Source: Camelus ferus
Lineage: Eukaryota
Length of the DNA stretch: 64,000 nt
Reading direction: 5' to 3'
NCBI RefSeq assembly: GCF_009834535.1
Contig: NC_045697.1
Location: 92,754,001-92,818,000, forward strand
Position 1 is the first letter of the stretch. Every line of letters starts with the position of its first letter. The translations under genes and the position numbers were made by a program. The notes beneath the pieces were generated by a model that saw only the letters and a program-made list of their open reading frames with translations, was not told the DNA's origin and did no database searches. Shown one piece after another: positions 1-13,869 of this stretch.

Positions 1-586
1 CAATTGTTAGAGCTGAAAATATACGTTTGATAATAATAATGCTTCTGAATTTTATTAAGCTTGTTTATGTATACAAAAGTATGTGTATGTGTGTGGACAT
101 GTGTGTGTGTGTACACGGGCATTTAAAAAAGTAGCTGAGAAAAAATAATGTTGTTAAAATAGAAGTTTCCTATATAGATTAATGTTAGTATAGAAGTCTG
201 CAGGAAAGTCATTGCATTTCTTACAATACAAACTTCACATTATTTTATGGTTAGTTGAGATGTGGGTGAATGCTAACCTCAAAAATTTAAGTATATTTAT
301 TAAAATAATATTTATGGAGACTTGGCATATGAGTGGATGTGGACATAAAATTGAGAATATACAATTTTTATTGTTTCTAAAATATTGTTTTATGATTGTT
401 CTGTGACTTCTAAGATAACTTTTGTTTCAAAACCCATAGGACATTTATTTTATAGTTTTTAAGACACTCCAGATTGCTAAATTTCTCAAAGGAAATTACA
501 TCACATCCTAAATAGACTATTTGCCTCTGGGTGTGTTTTCTCAAGTTTTCTGTTTGTCAGTAGCAAATGTTCATTTGTTAGGAGCA

Positions 587-588
<2 letters not shown>

Positions 589-637
<49 letters not shown>
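589..637 (+). repeat. (CA)n microsatellite
   Basis: Uninterrupted run of AC units, ~24 copies. Confidence 0.97.
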
Positions 638-640
<3 letters not shown>

Positions 641-827
641 TTGCTAATTGTTTTTAGTATTATTTTAGAAAGACCTATGCAAACTTAAAAACAGATATGT
701 GAACCAAAAATATTAAAGAAACTGTATTCCAAATATATTCTTGTCTAACCTATTGTTTCAACATACTAAATATTGTAAAGTATGATGAAATTTCTTTCTT
801 AGGTAAATTTCTCATCACAAATAAAAT

Positions 828-905
828 ACAATTGATCCCTGAATAACATGAGTTTGAACTGCACAAGTCACTTATATGCAGATGTTTTTTCAATATAAAA
901 TACGA
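828..905 (+). mobile_element. Tigger2-family (TcMar) DNA transposon 5' terminal fragment
   Basis: ta|caattgatccctgaataacatgagtttgaactgcacaagtcacttatatgcagat resembles the Tigger2/MER28 terminus CAGTTGACCCTTGAACAACACGGGTTTGAACTGC; preceded by TA. Confidence 0.7.
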
Positions 906-969
906 AAACAACTTTCTCAGGAGGTATTTAAACAACTTGGAGGTTGGAGGTATTTAAACAACTTTCTCA

Positions 970-2620
970 GGAGCTGATAAAACACGTTGACAAGGGAAAA
1001 AAACCCACCAAAACAATTAGCTTTTACAATATATGAACCACGTTGTTAATGAATTTGACTTGAGCCCAACAACTTCAAAATACATATTCTTTGTAAGTAC
1101 ACATGACAGAAGATTAAAACTTACCACATGCTGAGTCCCATGGAAAGTTACAAGAAATATCAAAGTCTTAGTACAAATAGTATATTATCTAATTAGTATG
1201 GGATTAACTTAAAAATCAATATTAAAACACATAACTCTCAAACTTCAATTAAATTAGGAAATTAGAAAGCAGATTCCTAAACATCCAACTACTGAGATGA
1301 CAAAAATCACAAAGTAATTAGAAAATCTTTTTTTAATTAAATGCCAAAAATTCTAGTTGTGGTTGGAGTAAAGTTATACATTTACTGCATATTTAAGAAA
1401 ATAAAGGTGAAGAAATGAATGATCTAAGCATTTCTCTCATTTTAAAGTTGACAAATAAATGTAAAATATCAAGATAATAAAATTATAATACATTTATAAT
1501 ACATTTTATAATACAATAATTAATAATAGGGTTAATAAAGGGGATATTAATAGAGATCTTAACCAATATGAAAGCAATTATAAAAGCATATTATAAACAC
1601 TTTTATAGAAGTACATCTGATGATATAGATGAAATAGACAAATGTCCATAAAAATATAATGTATACTAACTGACATAATAAAATTTTAAAATCTGAATTA
1701 TTCTACATCTTTTAAAATTTAGCATTGATTAAATCCCCCCATAAAAAATATCTACAGATCAAGAAGTCTTCCCTGATAAAACTGACCATATCTTTAAGGG
1801 AAAAATAACTTCAAACATTCAAAACAATTTCAAGGAATAGATAATAGAAAATCATATCTTAACTTTGGAGACTATAATAACCTTGTAACAGAACCTGACA
1901 AAGATATTGCAATAACAGTTAAGTTACTGGCAATTCTTTTCCACAAAAATAGACATAAACATTTTAAATATTATTAAACCAAAATCAAATATTTAACTGT
2001 AAAGAAAAATATATCATGGCCAAATTAGTTCATTGCAGGAATATATTGTTAATTTAATATTCATGAATCAATCAATGTAATTAACTAGATTAATGGAATA
2101 AAAGAAAAAAATAATAGGGTTATCAATATATGCAGAAAAATCATTCAGTAAAATTCTGTGCCTAATTATAATCTAAAGCCTTAACCAGCTAACAAGAAGA
2201 CTTTTTAAAAAATATGAATAAGAATATTGGCAGGAAAAAAGAAACCCACAGACAATTCAGAGATTTTTCTCTGTAATCAGTGACAAGCAGGGCATGTCTT
2301 CTGTCATCATGTTTATGCAACACTACGCTAGAATTGCTTGCCAGTTCAATATGGGAAGAAAAATGAACAAAACTTATAAAATTGGAAAAAAGAAGAAATT
2401 ACTATCATAATCAAAGACAATATATTTAAGTATGTAGAAGTCTAGAAGAATCTAGTAATAAATTGAATTAGTAATATTGGCTAAATCTTTGAATGTATGT
2501 TAAATAATAATCACTTGAATCATTATACACCACCAAAATGTTAGAAAATAAAAAAGATATTTTTCTCTTCTCAAAAATGCCAAATATTAAGTAAATGTAA
2601 GATGTGCTATGATATTTTCA
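970..2620 (+). mobile_element. Old, degenerate L1 (L1M-type) ORF2 fragment
   Basis: A-rich strand with recognisable ORF2 remnants (gatgaaatagacaaat, aatcaatcaatgtaatt, gatgcagaaaaa-like, acaagcagggcatgtc); no open frame. Confidence 0.8.
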
Positions 2621-3019
2621 TGTATGATATTTTATTGCTTTAAATTTTAGAAATTATTTAGAAATTTAAGCAAGTAAAGGCAATAAAACACCCACAAAAT
2701 CTTGAATACATTACTCATAAATCTAAAAATCCACTGTCTTTTAGATTTATATATTATGTCATAGAGATAAGGATTCAGAAAAAAATCACCTCACTTTTTA
2801 TCTTTCTGCCAGTTTTTCTAAATGATAAAGCAATCTTAACAGCTTTATACAGATCCTAGTATTCACTAGATAGAAGTGTCATACACTACATATACAAAGG
2901 TACAGAAATATTAAACAGAATAAAGATGTACACATATATATACACACTTATGTATATACATAGAGAATAAGTTATGTACATGATATATGTGTAAAATTAC
3001 AATCTGTAGTAAGTTATCT

Positions 3020-3440
3020 TCAGGAAAATAGCAAAATACTATGAGAAAGAATGAAAAAGGGACTAAATTTGGATTAGTGGTGATGGGTTAAAATAGGGAT
3101 AATTGAGCATGTGTCCTTTTAAGTAATACAAGAAAAAGGAGGAGGAGTTAGGCAAGTCAAGAATGTAGAAATTACCACTATGGAGAGAGAAAAAATAGCA
3201 TGCTCAAAGTGTATAAGACTAGAAACAGGTTAGAAGAGGAAATGATTGACAGTTGTAGTAGGTGGAGTGTATGTAAGGAATGTGGTGAGAGGCCTGGAAA
3301 GACAGACAAAGAACAGATATTCAAGGCTTAAAATTCCTACTTAAAGCTGATAAACATCATCTCAAGGGCATATACACTTGATAAATTATAAGCAGGATAA
3401 TGGCATGGTATGCTCTAATTTTTAATATATCACTGATTGT
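3020..3440 (-). mobile_element. L2 fragment
   Basis: Purine-rich antisense L2 motifs (agcatgctcaaag, ttataagcaggataatggcatg, atcactgattg). Confidence 0.55.
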
Positions 3441-4119
3441 TTTTCCCAAAATTATTTTACTGGATCACTTGATTTTTTATTTGGAAGAGTCCATGGAAGA
3501 TAGCCTAGAATTATTGTAGAGAAAATAACTTGACTTTGAAATATCAGAGAGGTCAGAAAACATTTCAAAGTCACACAGCTTCTTTACTGCAGGAGTGCAA
3601 CAAGAATTCATTATTCCTACTTAAATGTTACATTTAATTACATTAGAATATTTTTCTTCCAGCTGAACACATCAGCATCTTTGATGTGTCAAACTAATAA
3701 CTAAAAACTGTTTAATTGCAAAGTGAAAGTTTTACATAAAAAGAGCTTTTGAATTTTCTAAGTTGTACATTTTTACATTACTTCAATTGCTGATAAAGAA
3801 TTTGTTCCCTCTTTATATAGTTGTGACTTGATATATCAAGTGACAATTTAAACATCCCCTACGTTTGCTTAAAGGTTTATCTTGAAGTGAAGGCACATCA
3901 TTTATTTAGTAGATAATTAAGTTCTGCATACAAATGTGACTGATCAAATAAGTACTTAAGATTTTTTATTCAAAGAATAAGTCATTTCTGATTCTATAAT
4001 ACTTAAGTCTAAGTCAAAATATACTGAATTCTATATATGGTGGACAGTGGCCTTACTTTCATTACTGAATCACACTGGAGAGGCATGAATTCAGGTTGTT
4101 ATCAGCACCCTTTTATTTA

Positions 4120-4560
4120 CTGGTTATGTAAGTTGGAGCATACTGGGTAGCAAACTCCACAAAACTATTTTAAACAAGCTTAGCAAAGTCATAGCAAACA
4201 GAATATTAGTTTCTTGGCTCAGATTACTAACAAGGCTTATTTCAGGCACAGCTGAGTGGCTCAACAATGCTCTCATTGATTTACTACGTCTACTTCACCA
4301 AGCTCTAAATGGACTCGGCATTGGTGACATCAGGTGGTCTCTTGACTTAGGGCAGAATCGGCGGTCTAGGTTCCTCTTGGTCAAATCAGCAGAAAGGAGA
4401 GGACTTTTTGTATCTCAGCAGATTACAAAGGAAAGCCCAGCCCTGAGCATTATTACACTAATCCAGGCCAAGTATGTATCTCAAAGATAATCATTGTGGC
4501 CAGGGATAAGAAATTCACTGAGTACTGGACTGAGGGTGAAGAAAAAAGGTCATCTGTAAT
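4120..4560 (-). mobile_element. MaLR LTR (MLT1J/K-like)
   Basis: ttcaggcacagctg...gctcaacaatg and aatcattgtggccaggg motifs typical of antisense old MLT1. Confidence 0.55.
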
Positions 4561-5172
4561 TTGGAAACTCTTACCATAAAAAAGCAACACTTTGTGCTGG
4601 AAGATAAAAATATAAATGTCAGTTACACTGTAATAGTTACACTGATTTTGAATCACCAATTAAAATAACATTGCAACGAGTGTGCAATAAAATCACCCCG
4701 TCAGAATTTTAAGTAATAATGGTAAAGGAGTTCAGAAATTAGTTTTAGAATCCATAGTGGACTAAAATCTTTCATGAGTCAATTTTAAAATTTGACTTAA
4801 AAAAAAAAAACTGAAGTCTGAAGGAATTGTATTTAGGACACAGCAAATCACGTACAGTTTTTTAAACAGATTGTTTTTAAAAATCTCATTTCACAGATAA
4901 TGCTTTTGTATTAATGATTCTTGGTAGGACTGTTACATAATGTTTCCTTTTTTAAAAAAATCCTCTTAATTTCACAAATCATGTTATCTATTTGATGTGC
5001 TGTTGATAGTTCTGTCACATTTCAAAACATTTTTCTTCATTTGTTCTGTTATAAAGTTACTTAGGATGTTTAAATAGGATTTGACAGAGGCGGGTTGGAA
5101 TGACTAGAGATTAAAAGTAGTAAATATGACTGTATATGCATTTTGTTCCCTTTGGGAGACTGGAGATGGACC

Positions 5173-5749
5173 TGGTGGTAGACAGCCTCTAAAATGGCTG
5201 TAAATGATCCCTACCTCTTGGTATTCCTGCCTTTTAGTATGGGCTAGATTTAGTGACTGGCTTCTAAAGAATGAAATACAGAAAAAGTAGTTGGATATCA
5301 CATCCAAGATTAGGTTACAACAGGAACATGACCTCTGTCATCTCTCATTTTCTCTTTGATAGCATCCTCCTAGTAGAAGCAAGCTGCCGCATGTGAGTAT
5401 CCCTGTGGAGAGGCCCACATGGCCAGGGACTGGCCTAACTACCAGTCAGCAAGACCCCAAGCCTTGCAGACAGTCTTGTGAGTTGGTGGTGGATTTTTTC
5501 AAGCCAGTCAACAGCCATGGAGGACCAGGAGCCACATGGACTGGAGGATGGATTCCTTACAGTCAAGCCTTGAGGTGTTTGCAGCCCAGTCAACAGCTTG
5601 ATTGTAGCCTCTTGGCAGACCCTGAGCTAGCGACCCAGCTAAGACAGATCTGATTCCTGAAACACAAAAACTGTGAGTTATACATTTTTGTTTTTTTCAG
5701 AAATTTGCTTTGGAAATAATTTGTAATGCGTAAATAGATGACTAATAGA
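5173..5749 (+). mobile_element. MaLR LTR (MLT1E/MLT1F-like), near full length
   Basis: Starts tggtggtagacagcctctaaaatggct; has ctgtggagaggcccacatggccaggga, gaccctgagc..gacccagctaag and the 3' end aatagatgactaataga. Confidence 0.85.
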
Positions 5750-6130
5750 GATGTTGATAGATTATTGATTTTCTGTATTGACAGTTTTTTCTATAAATTC
5801 TATTCTAGACTTGGGGAACAGTTCATTAGGTTTTACTATATCTCAGTGATAACATTCTGAAAGCATATGGCGCATTTATAATTGTCTTAATACATTTAGT
5901 GTCTAAATACTATGTTTAAAATTCAATCAGTAGATATTAATTAAAAAAAAGTCATTGGTAACTCTGGAATTCCCCTGTAATTGAATCAGATTCACAACAG
6001 TGTTAGACAGAGAGGAGAAGTAGTAGGCTAAGATGGAAGGGCATTTACTACAGGCTTGTCCCATGATTCTACAGTCATTTCACTCCTTCGGGCCTCAGTC
6101 AGTTTCTTTATATCAAAAATGAAGATAATA

Positions 6131-6297
6131 GGTCACCCCGCTCTCTCTCCCTCTTCGGAGATGGCCCGCATTCTGTCTATGGAGTGTGTACCTACTTTTA
6201 ATCTGAGCACCCAACCCCCATACCTTGTGGCCTTTCTCTTGCCTTTCAGTGTATCTCTATAAATAAATCTACCTTCACTCAAAAAAAAAAAAAAAAA
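6131..6297 (+). mobile_element. Retrocopied LTR-like fragment with poly(A) tail and TSD, inserted in a MIR
   Basis: AATAAA at 6262-6267, A17 tail at 6281-6297, direct repeat GAAGATAATA at 6121-6130 and 6298-6307; flanks match the MIR core (ggcctcagt..tttctttat..aaaaatgaagataata). Confidence 0.8.
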
Positions 6298-6689
6298 GAA
6301 GATAATAAAAATGTTATCTACTACAAATATCACCTATCTGTGCATGAGGAAAGGAGCCTTGTTCTCTAACAAATAGAAAACAGGAGTCAAGAAACCAAAT
6401 TTTAATTTTCTTTCTATCATTAATCTTTGTTATGATTTGGGGCAAGTTATAAAATGACCTTTCAAAATATTTTCATCTTTAAAAATGTCTGCTAAGAATC
6501 TTCAGTATTTAAAGTATATGATATTATGATTACATTTAATTTTTATTTTTGTGGTCTTATCACTATTTATACTAATTGGTAAAATTGCTGATGGGTTAGT
6601 TTAAATTCAGTCTTGATTCCAATGAAGAAATAAATTTCCTGCTTTACATTTTTAAATTAAATGCATTAACATTTACCTGAATAACGTTT

Positions 6690-7370
6690 TTTAATCCTCT
6701 GACACAAGATTCAAGGCTAGGCAGGTTATTCTGTTATTTTTCTCTCCGCTCTCAGTCAGCTCCTCTGTATTCTCCTTTGCCAGCTTCTCCCTTTGGCACT
6801 CTTTCAGTAGGGCCAGTAGATGGAGATTCTGAGGCTGGATCAGAAAGAAGAGACTGGCTCCTACCTAGTGGCTCCCTGTCTGCTTGCAGTTTCTGTGAGC
6901 ATCATCTCAGCCTTGTTTGTTCACCTTGATAAAACACTTCCTTCCTAAAGCAGCACCTGGATCATTTGCTGTTTTTCCAACATTAAGAAAAATAGCCTCA
7001 ATGTCTCTTTCAGAGACACTAGCACCAACTGGCGGGAGCCCCCTTCTCAGAGGAGGGGTCTCAGCCCCTTGGGTCCCTGCTTTGAAAGACACCATACTAG
7101 CTGCACAGCATCCTCTCCTCAGAGATCTGAGTTTCAGCTTCTCAGCACCCTCCTGTAAATTCCTAATGTGTAATTATGCCAATCTCTTCACTTGTTCCTT
7201 CACCTTGGGGTGGTAGCTGTTACTGCAGGTCCCTACTTTCATAATACCTAAATTCTTTCTATCCATCTGTTCTTAGTTAACAAAATTGTGCTTACCAACT
7301 ATTTATATTAAGTTTCTTCTATACAAAATACTAAGATGCTTTCTGTCTCCGACTGGCCCCTAATGGACAA
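6690..7370 (+). mobile_element. ERVL LTR (LTR41-like)
   Basis: tgtattctcctttgccagcttctcccttt, ccttctcagagg..tctcagcccc, ggggtggtagctg and the 3' end tttctgtctccgactggcccctaatggaca. Confidence 0.65.
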
Positions 7371-10300
7371 AATTGCTTGATTTGTCAGCTTTTAATATGT
7401 TGACAGGAAGTGGATGAAAGTTACTTAAAGCTAGAATCTAGAGTCACGGAAGACAGAGTAGCTTACTCTAGAGAACAGACGATTTAAATATTTTGCACCT
7501 GTTAGAAAAGTGTGTTTGAGGGTTGTTTTGCTTTATAAATAGCTTAGCTAAGAAAATTCTCCTTTCTCCAGTATTTGTATGGAGATTGTATTAGTTAATT
7601 TGATATTTCTTAAATGATTTCATTTTGTCATCTCTAAAATGCCAACTTAAATTTTAATTGTCTGACAGATATTTGTTGTATTTGTTCAATATGCATTCCA
7701 CTGTGTTTTAGTATGCAATTTAAAACAGTAGATTTTTCCTTATAATTTCAATATTCAGATATAATCTTACTGTCTCCAACAAAAAACTTAATAACCTAAT
7801 CATGTTAATCAGATTCATGGCAATTGACTCTTTAATGTGTGTGTACACAGGCAAGGTTAAAGGGTTTTTATTTATTTATTTACTTCATACTTATTTGTGC
7901 CTTCCCCAAACACCTCACAGTCACACGTAAGTGGATTTCTACTACTTTACAGCTGTATTACAGAAAGATTAGTGATGGAATCTTGATTAATTTTCCTCCT
8001 GCAATTAAAATTTCATGATGTTCTAAAAAAATCTTTAAAAGTACTAACTAACATGAATTAGTTGAGTCATAAAATATTTTGTGATTTCTTTTTTTCTCAC
8101 ATGTTTAAGTATTGTACCACTAATCTAAGGAAATCATATATTGATTATTTTTTAAATGTCTTTTTGTTACTTAAATATATATTCTGAGCCAAATGCAATT
8201 TATATAGCCAATGAACAATATCTTTTTTATTAATATACTAGCATAAAAAGACTTTCTTTAGGACAGTTGTATTTAAATATGCTTCCTGGCCAAGCCACAT
8301 GACATTTATTAGTTTGAGGTTCTTTCCATAAGTAACTCTCTTCATTTTTGTATGTTTTTCTGTTTTTTAAACTCTCATTTCTGGTGAATAAGCGATCTAT
8401 CTTACTAAGACATTTAATTACATCCTTGAGTCTAGCACTTTCGTCATCCAGTAATAACTGCGAAATCGTTTTCTTCTCTGTATCTCATTAATACTGTTTA
8501 CAATATAAAAGCAATTTTATTGTTTTATTTATTAATTTTTGGCTTAGAAATATAAACTTATGAACTAATGTTTCAGCAACTAGGCGACATTCATTTTTCC
8601 TAACTCCCAGTTTTGGTAGATTATGCTTACTCAGTGGATATATTAAATAAAACTGACTCAGTTTATTCCAGATTATTCTCTATCTCTACAGTAAATTACT
8701 TGAATTCATTTGTACCTTGAATCATATTTTCTAGACTAGGCAATATTCTGATTTTTAAAATGATGCCAAAAAAGCTACTTCAAATAAGTAACTTCCCAAA
8801 AAATGATGCCTGCATTACCTCCATAATACCTAGAACAATGCTTTTAAGATGATTGATTTAATATACATATGTATTGAATTGCTTTGCTTACAGACATGCT
8901 CCCTACCAATAAAATTAAATAGAAAAAATAAATGACATCTTTCTTAACCTGATATCACCATGTGTTGACCTTCACAACTTCTCTTACTTCAAAGCACTAG
9001 CTTTATGTAATCATTTTATTTCCTTACCACTGATATTTATTTATTAATTTATCCAGCCTTTCAAACTTTCACTAACAATTATTTTTCTACTTATATTATT
9101 TACTTATAGATTTCCAGTGAACTCCTTGTCACCCAAAACAAGGAGTTTTATCAGTCATTTTACTTTCATTCTCATATTAAAATGTTCAGTGGAACTCCAC
9201 TCTTAGCAATATCTGAATAGGTATTTTCTCCCTTCTGAGAACAATTAGTAAAACAATGACAAAATGAGGGGCTGGGGGAGTTATTCTAAGGCACAGTGAC
9301 AGAAAGAAAGTCATTTTTTAATCCAGAAGAAAACATGCCCTGATTTTGAGGAATGACTTTCTGACTCAAATTCATCACAGTAGAGTGTATCATGATCTGC
9401 TTCAAATGGATTAGATTGTAAAATATCAGGGTTTGCTTGTTTATACACAATTTTTAACAGTTTTTCTAGCAACAGTTTTAAAATATGGATTATTTTGTTT
9501 CATAATGGAATTCCTTATAGTAGCATAAAATTCTGGATTTTATTTTTATTTCTGCTATGCCCATCTTGATGACCACTTTTCCCTCTTAATTGTTTCTGGA
9601 CCTCTCACCCATATCCTAACAAAATAAGTTGAGATTGCCTCTAAAGTTTAGGGTATATTACCTATGCCTCTCTTTAGAATCTGTAATAATTTATTAGCAA
9701 CATTAATCTTCATATTCTTACTGCCTTGTTTTCATCTATTTATATATATATATATATCTTATAATAGTTACATTTTTATGAAATCAGACATCAAGTCTTC
9801 TTGTTTATATGTCTCCAATATCTAGAAAAGTGCATGATATAAAGTAAGAGAAATAATCATTAATTAAATGGGATTGAAAGAAAAGATTTGAGAGGTGGGT
9901 TTTCAGAGATATTAACAGAATCGGTGATAATGTGTAATAATTGCTATAATGTATCCAAATTCTTGTTTGCAATGTTAATTTATTCTTCCTAGGTTATGCA
10001 TATAATGTATACACTTGCCACTAACTGACAACTCAATACATTCATGTGTTAAATTAACACACTAAACCTTTCCGTGGTATAACCAAATAAACTCAGTATT
10101 TTGAGTATATGATCCATTAAACTATCTCCCTCCAACACAAAAATCAACCATTATAAATACAATAACATAAAATTAGTTACTTTATAATTAATAATGTAAC
10201 ATTTATCCAAACATACATAAGATTTAAAGCAATTTCAACACACATATTTCTTATGTCAGTGGACATCAGCTATCATCAGTCACAAATTAAGCCACCCTGG

Positions 10301-12319
10301 TTCTGATTTGAAAATAAAGGTAAATTTTATACTGTCTCTCATCATCAAATCTGAAACTTTGGGGACTCTGTCATTTTGTTCTGTTGTTGACATGGATCTG
10401 CTTGAAAATGCCTTTGTGGGGTAGGCCATAATTAGCTACTTATCCTTTCCAGGGAAACATAAAATGCATAATTTTACTTTCTCCACTAATTATCTCTGGA
10501 TACTCTACAGCCCAATCTTTCTGTTTTCTTAAGTCAAAACAGAAAAAGAAAGGAAAAAAGTCCTTTACCATGTTATCTCCATATGAGACATGCAAAAGAG
10601 AAAGTACAATTCATGGATTAGAATTCTGTGCTACATGTGCATATGATTCTTCTCTTTTAAAGTATATTTTCCATCACTCAGATATTACTCTGGCAATTAC
10701 CCATTCTAATCATCTTATGAAAGTTACTCCTGTTTCTGTCCTTCCTCTTTTTCTTCTTCCTGTCCTATATAGTATTGTTTTGATTAAAATATTTTTGTTA
10801 AAAACAAAATTTTATTAATGTCAACCATATACCAAAACATTTAAACTTGCCAGCAAATAAGGCAGGAAGGTGAGGGAAATAAAGGGGTTCAAGGATACTT
10901 ACATAATTTTAATCTTACAGAGAAAAAAAACCTTTGCATTTTCAATTTTCAAGTTCTTACAAGTCTCAGGTCCATATTGAATTTTACACAGGAGGTCTGG
11001 GGCTCGGTGGTGACAAAGGCCAGGTGTGTGGAATACCAGTCTGGAGGCAAAATAAACATTGAAGAAGCAAATGGGAAGGTTACATCTGTGTCTGAAATTG
11101 GAGTAACAGGATTTCACCTCTTGTCAGTAGGATCCAATAGGGCCGACAAGCATGAAGGCAGGGAATGGTGTCTGTCACACAGAGATCATAAGCAGAGTAC
11201 CAAGCAACAGCTTCTGTTTTTCAAGACACCATCACCAGTGTTTTTTTTTCCCCCCAAACTGCAAACAATGAAGGAAAGCACACAGTTTGTTCATTTCTCA
11301 GTTTTAGGACTTTCTTGTTTTTCTTTTCTCAGTATCCAACAACCTAGTATTTGTGTGTGCTGCCTCAGATCTTTGTTAATGAATCTATATTATTTATTAA
11401 AAATCTTAAATTCTGTAATCCATGATAAGACAGTCAACTTTTCAGCATTAGGAATCTTAATTAAATCTCAGGTAAGAATTTCATGCAGATAATTCTTCCT
11501 CACCTAAATATTTCAGTAGACAAAATATTGTTAAAATATTCTGATAGTCCACCTGTAAACTTCCTCCTTGTTGCATTCACTTCATCAGTCTTAACCTTTT
11601 CCGCTTTTTGTTACTTATACAATTGAAAGAATGTAGGTAGTTATCATTTTTAATAAGATAATCATTCTGCATATACTCTTCTCATTTGATCATTATTTTT
11701 CTCTCTTTAATTTTGCAACTGGAAGCCTTTATCAGCAAGAAAAAAAACTTTGAAATATTTTGTCTGCTTTAAATTCTTTTTGAGTATTTAGTTTTCTTAG
11801 CCATATTTTTAATATAGGCAGATGGCTTTATGTTTACTATTTGAGTTTACATATGAAATCAAATCAGTGTTTATACCATTCATCATAAACAAGAAATATG
11901 GGGACAACTTTTAGGGAAATAGCTTTTTTATTGTATGGGGTTTTTCTAGATCTGCCTATATCAAAATCTTCTATAACCCTTGGTTAATATTTACATCCAC
12001 TCAGAATTTATGGGGTAGAAATCTGCATGTGTTGCAATAATACTTTTGCACAGTAAAGTTTGATAATTAAAGCCTGGATATTTTTCTATATTACACATTG
12101 AGATATATAGTCTCTAAACATTGTGCTTTTGAAAGAACATTCCTTAATAATAAAACTATTAATAATATCTTAAGTGTAAAATTTTGAAAGGAAATAAGCC
12201 AGAATTGTTAAATTTGCTTCTCCAGGAAAGGGAGTTTTATTAAATAACATTGAGTTATGAAAATGTCATAGATTCTGGGTTTTCAGTGTTTTGTGATATT
12301 AATCTTTGAATAGTTAATA

Positions 12320-12520
12320 AGCAGATGGTTAGCATTTATGGCTTATATATCTGGCCTTATTCTGAATGATTAGCATTTATCAACTTGGGCTTGGGACTTC
12401 TCTCATCCCTGTTTTGTAGATGAGGAAACTGAAGTACAGAAGTACAGAAAGTTTAACAGCTGCAAGAGAAGTACAAAGATGGCTCCCTATGCTCTCCAAT
12501 TTATGTCCATTGCCCCAGTG
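12320..12520 (-). mobile_element. MIR fragment
   Basis: Core atccctgttttgtagatgaggaaactgaag. Confidence 0.75.
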
Positions 12521-13869
12521 GAATAAAATTAAATAGTCTATTAATTATACACACAGAGTCGACATATGTGAGAGTTAATTTTAATGGATTGCATAGTTGC
12601 AGCTATTACTTTGAAATGTCAAGGAATTTTTTTTTCAAAGAAAGTTACTGGTTAAGATATACTAATATTTACAAAGATAGTCTCACTGTTATTGCTACCT
12701 GAGTTTTCAGAATGTTTACTCATGTTGGTTGTCAAATTCTATGTAAATAAAACACCAATAAAAAAAGGACAGAACTGTCTGCAAACAGCACAATTACTTT
12801 ATGACAGTTTTACTATAGATGCTATTTTATTATCTTTTAACTATACCTACTTTGTAGGAAATAATGCTTATAAAAAGTTTAGAAAAATATATAATACTTA
12901 ACATGTTCTTTTCTTGTCTTCCATACAATGATATCAGCTTAAGTAATTGATTCACCAGCATTATTTAAAGTATTGTTGTATTTACTTTGTATTTTGAATG
13001 CAATGCTTTAAATTTGGGTTGGCAAATGACCCTTAAGTAAAACTTGGGATGGAGAAGTTAAAGGTGATATGGTGAGGGAAAAAAACAATGCTTGAATTGT
13101 ATCTGAGGAAGAAGAAGAGGTTGGAAGATACTAATAGACAAATTAGGCATCAACTAAAAAGTCCAAAGGGCATGGGAAAGAGAACTGTGAAAATTTTTAG
13201 CTTAATATTATTGTGGAAAAAAATAGGAATAGTTATTTTAAAATCTGTGTAAAATAGCAATGCTATAATAGTCATTGATTTTTAAAATTAAAATTTATGT
13301 TTTATTAAATTAAGCATTTTTAAAAAACAGACACTTTGGAAAGAATCACAGTTTTTTTTTTTCTGATGGCTTTTGTGAATAGAAATATTGTGATTACATA
13401 ATTTTCCCTAGTGAACTAGATATTACAAAGTCCTGAATATCAACTAATAAAAAACCACATGTACTGCTGATCACATGTTAATCACTTCAATTTTCAATTG
13501 ATCTCCAACAAAGACTTACCGGAGCCAAAGAGCATTTTTCAAACACTGTAATACAAGTGACTCTGACCAGTTAGCTTAGAAACCTGCCTCCTCTGAGAAT
13601 AAGAAAAATGAAAGGAATTGAAAGGCCTTTAAATCCCAGCACTGTGGCCACGTTAGCTGTAGCCCCACTCTAACTATAGTCCTGTGGATTATACAACTGT
13701 CTAAAGATTTACTTCCAGAGTCTGACACTCCTTTAGCAGCTATCATGTTAAAGCTGGGGACTTCCCTGGCATTTGCAATAAAAAATGTGACTTACTAATG
13801 ACTGTTGAATAGTCAGTGCTCTTCACTGCATGTTACACAGGGAGAGGATACCTCTGACTTGATTCATTG

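Noticed and set aside
5393..7216. ORFs of 62-99 aa
   Set aside because: They lie inside MLT1, MIR/LTR-retrocopy and LTR41-like repeats
10977..11492. Longest ORF in the track (171 aa)
   Set aside because: Non-ATG start, no recognisable domain and a low-complexity T-rich second half; splice signals here favour the opposite strand
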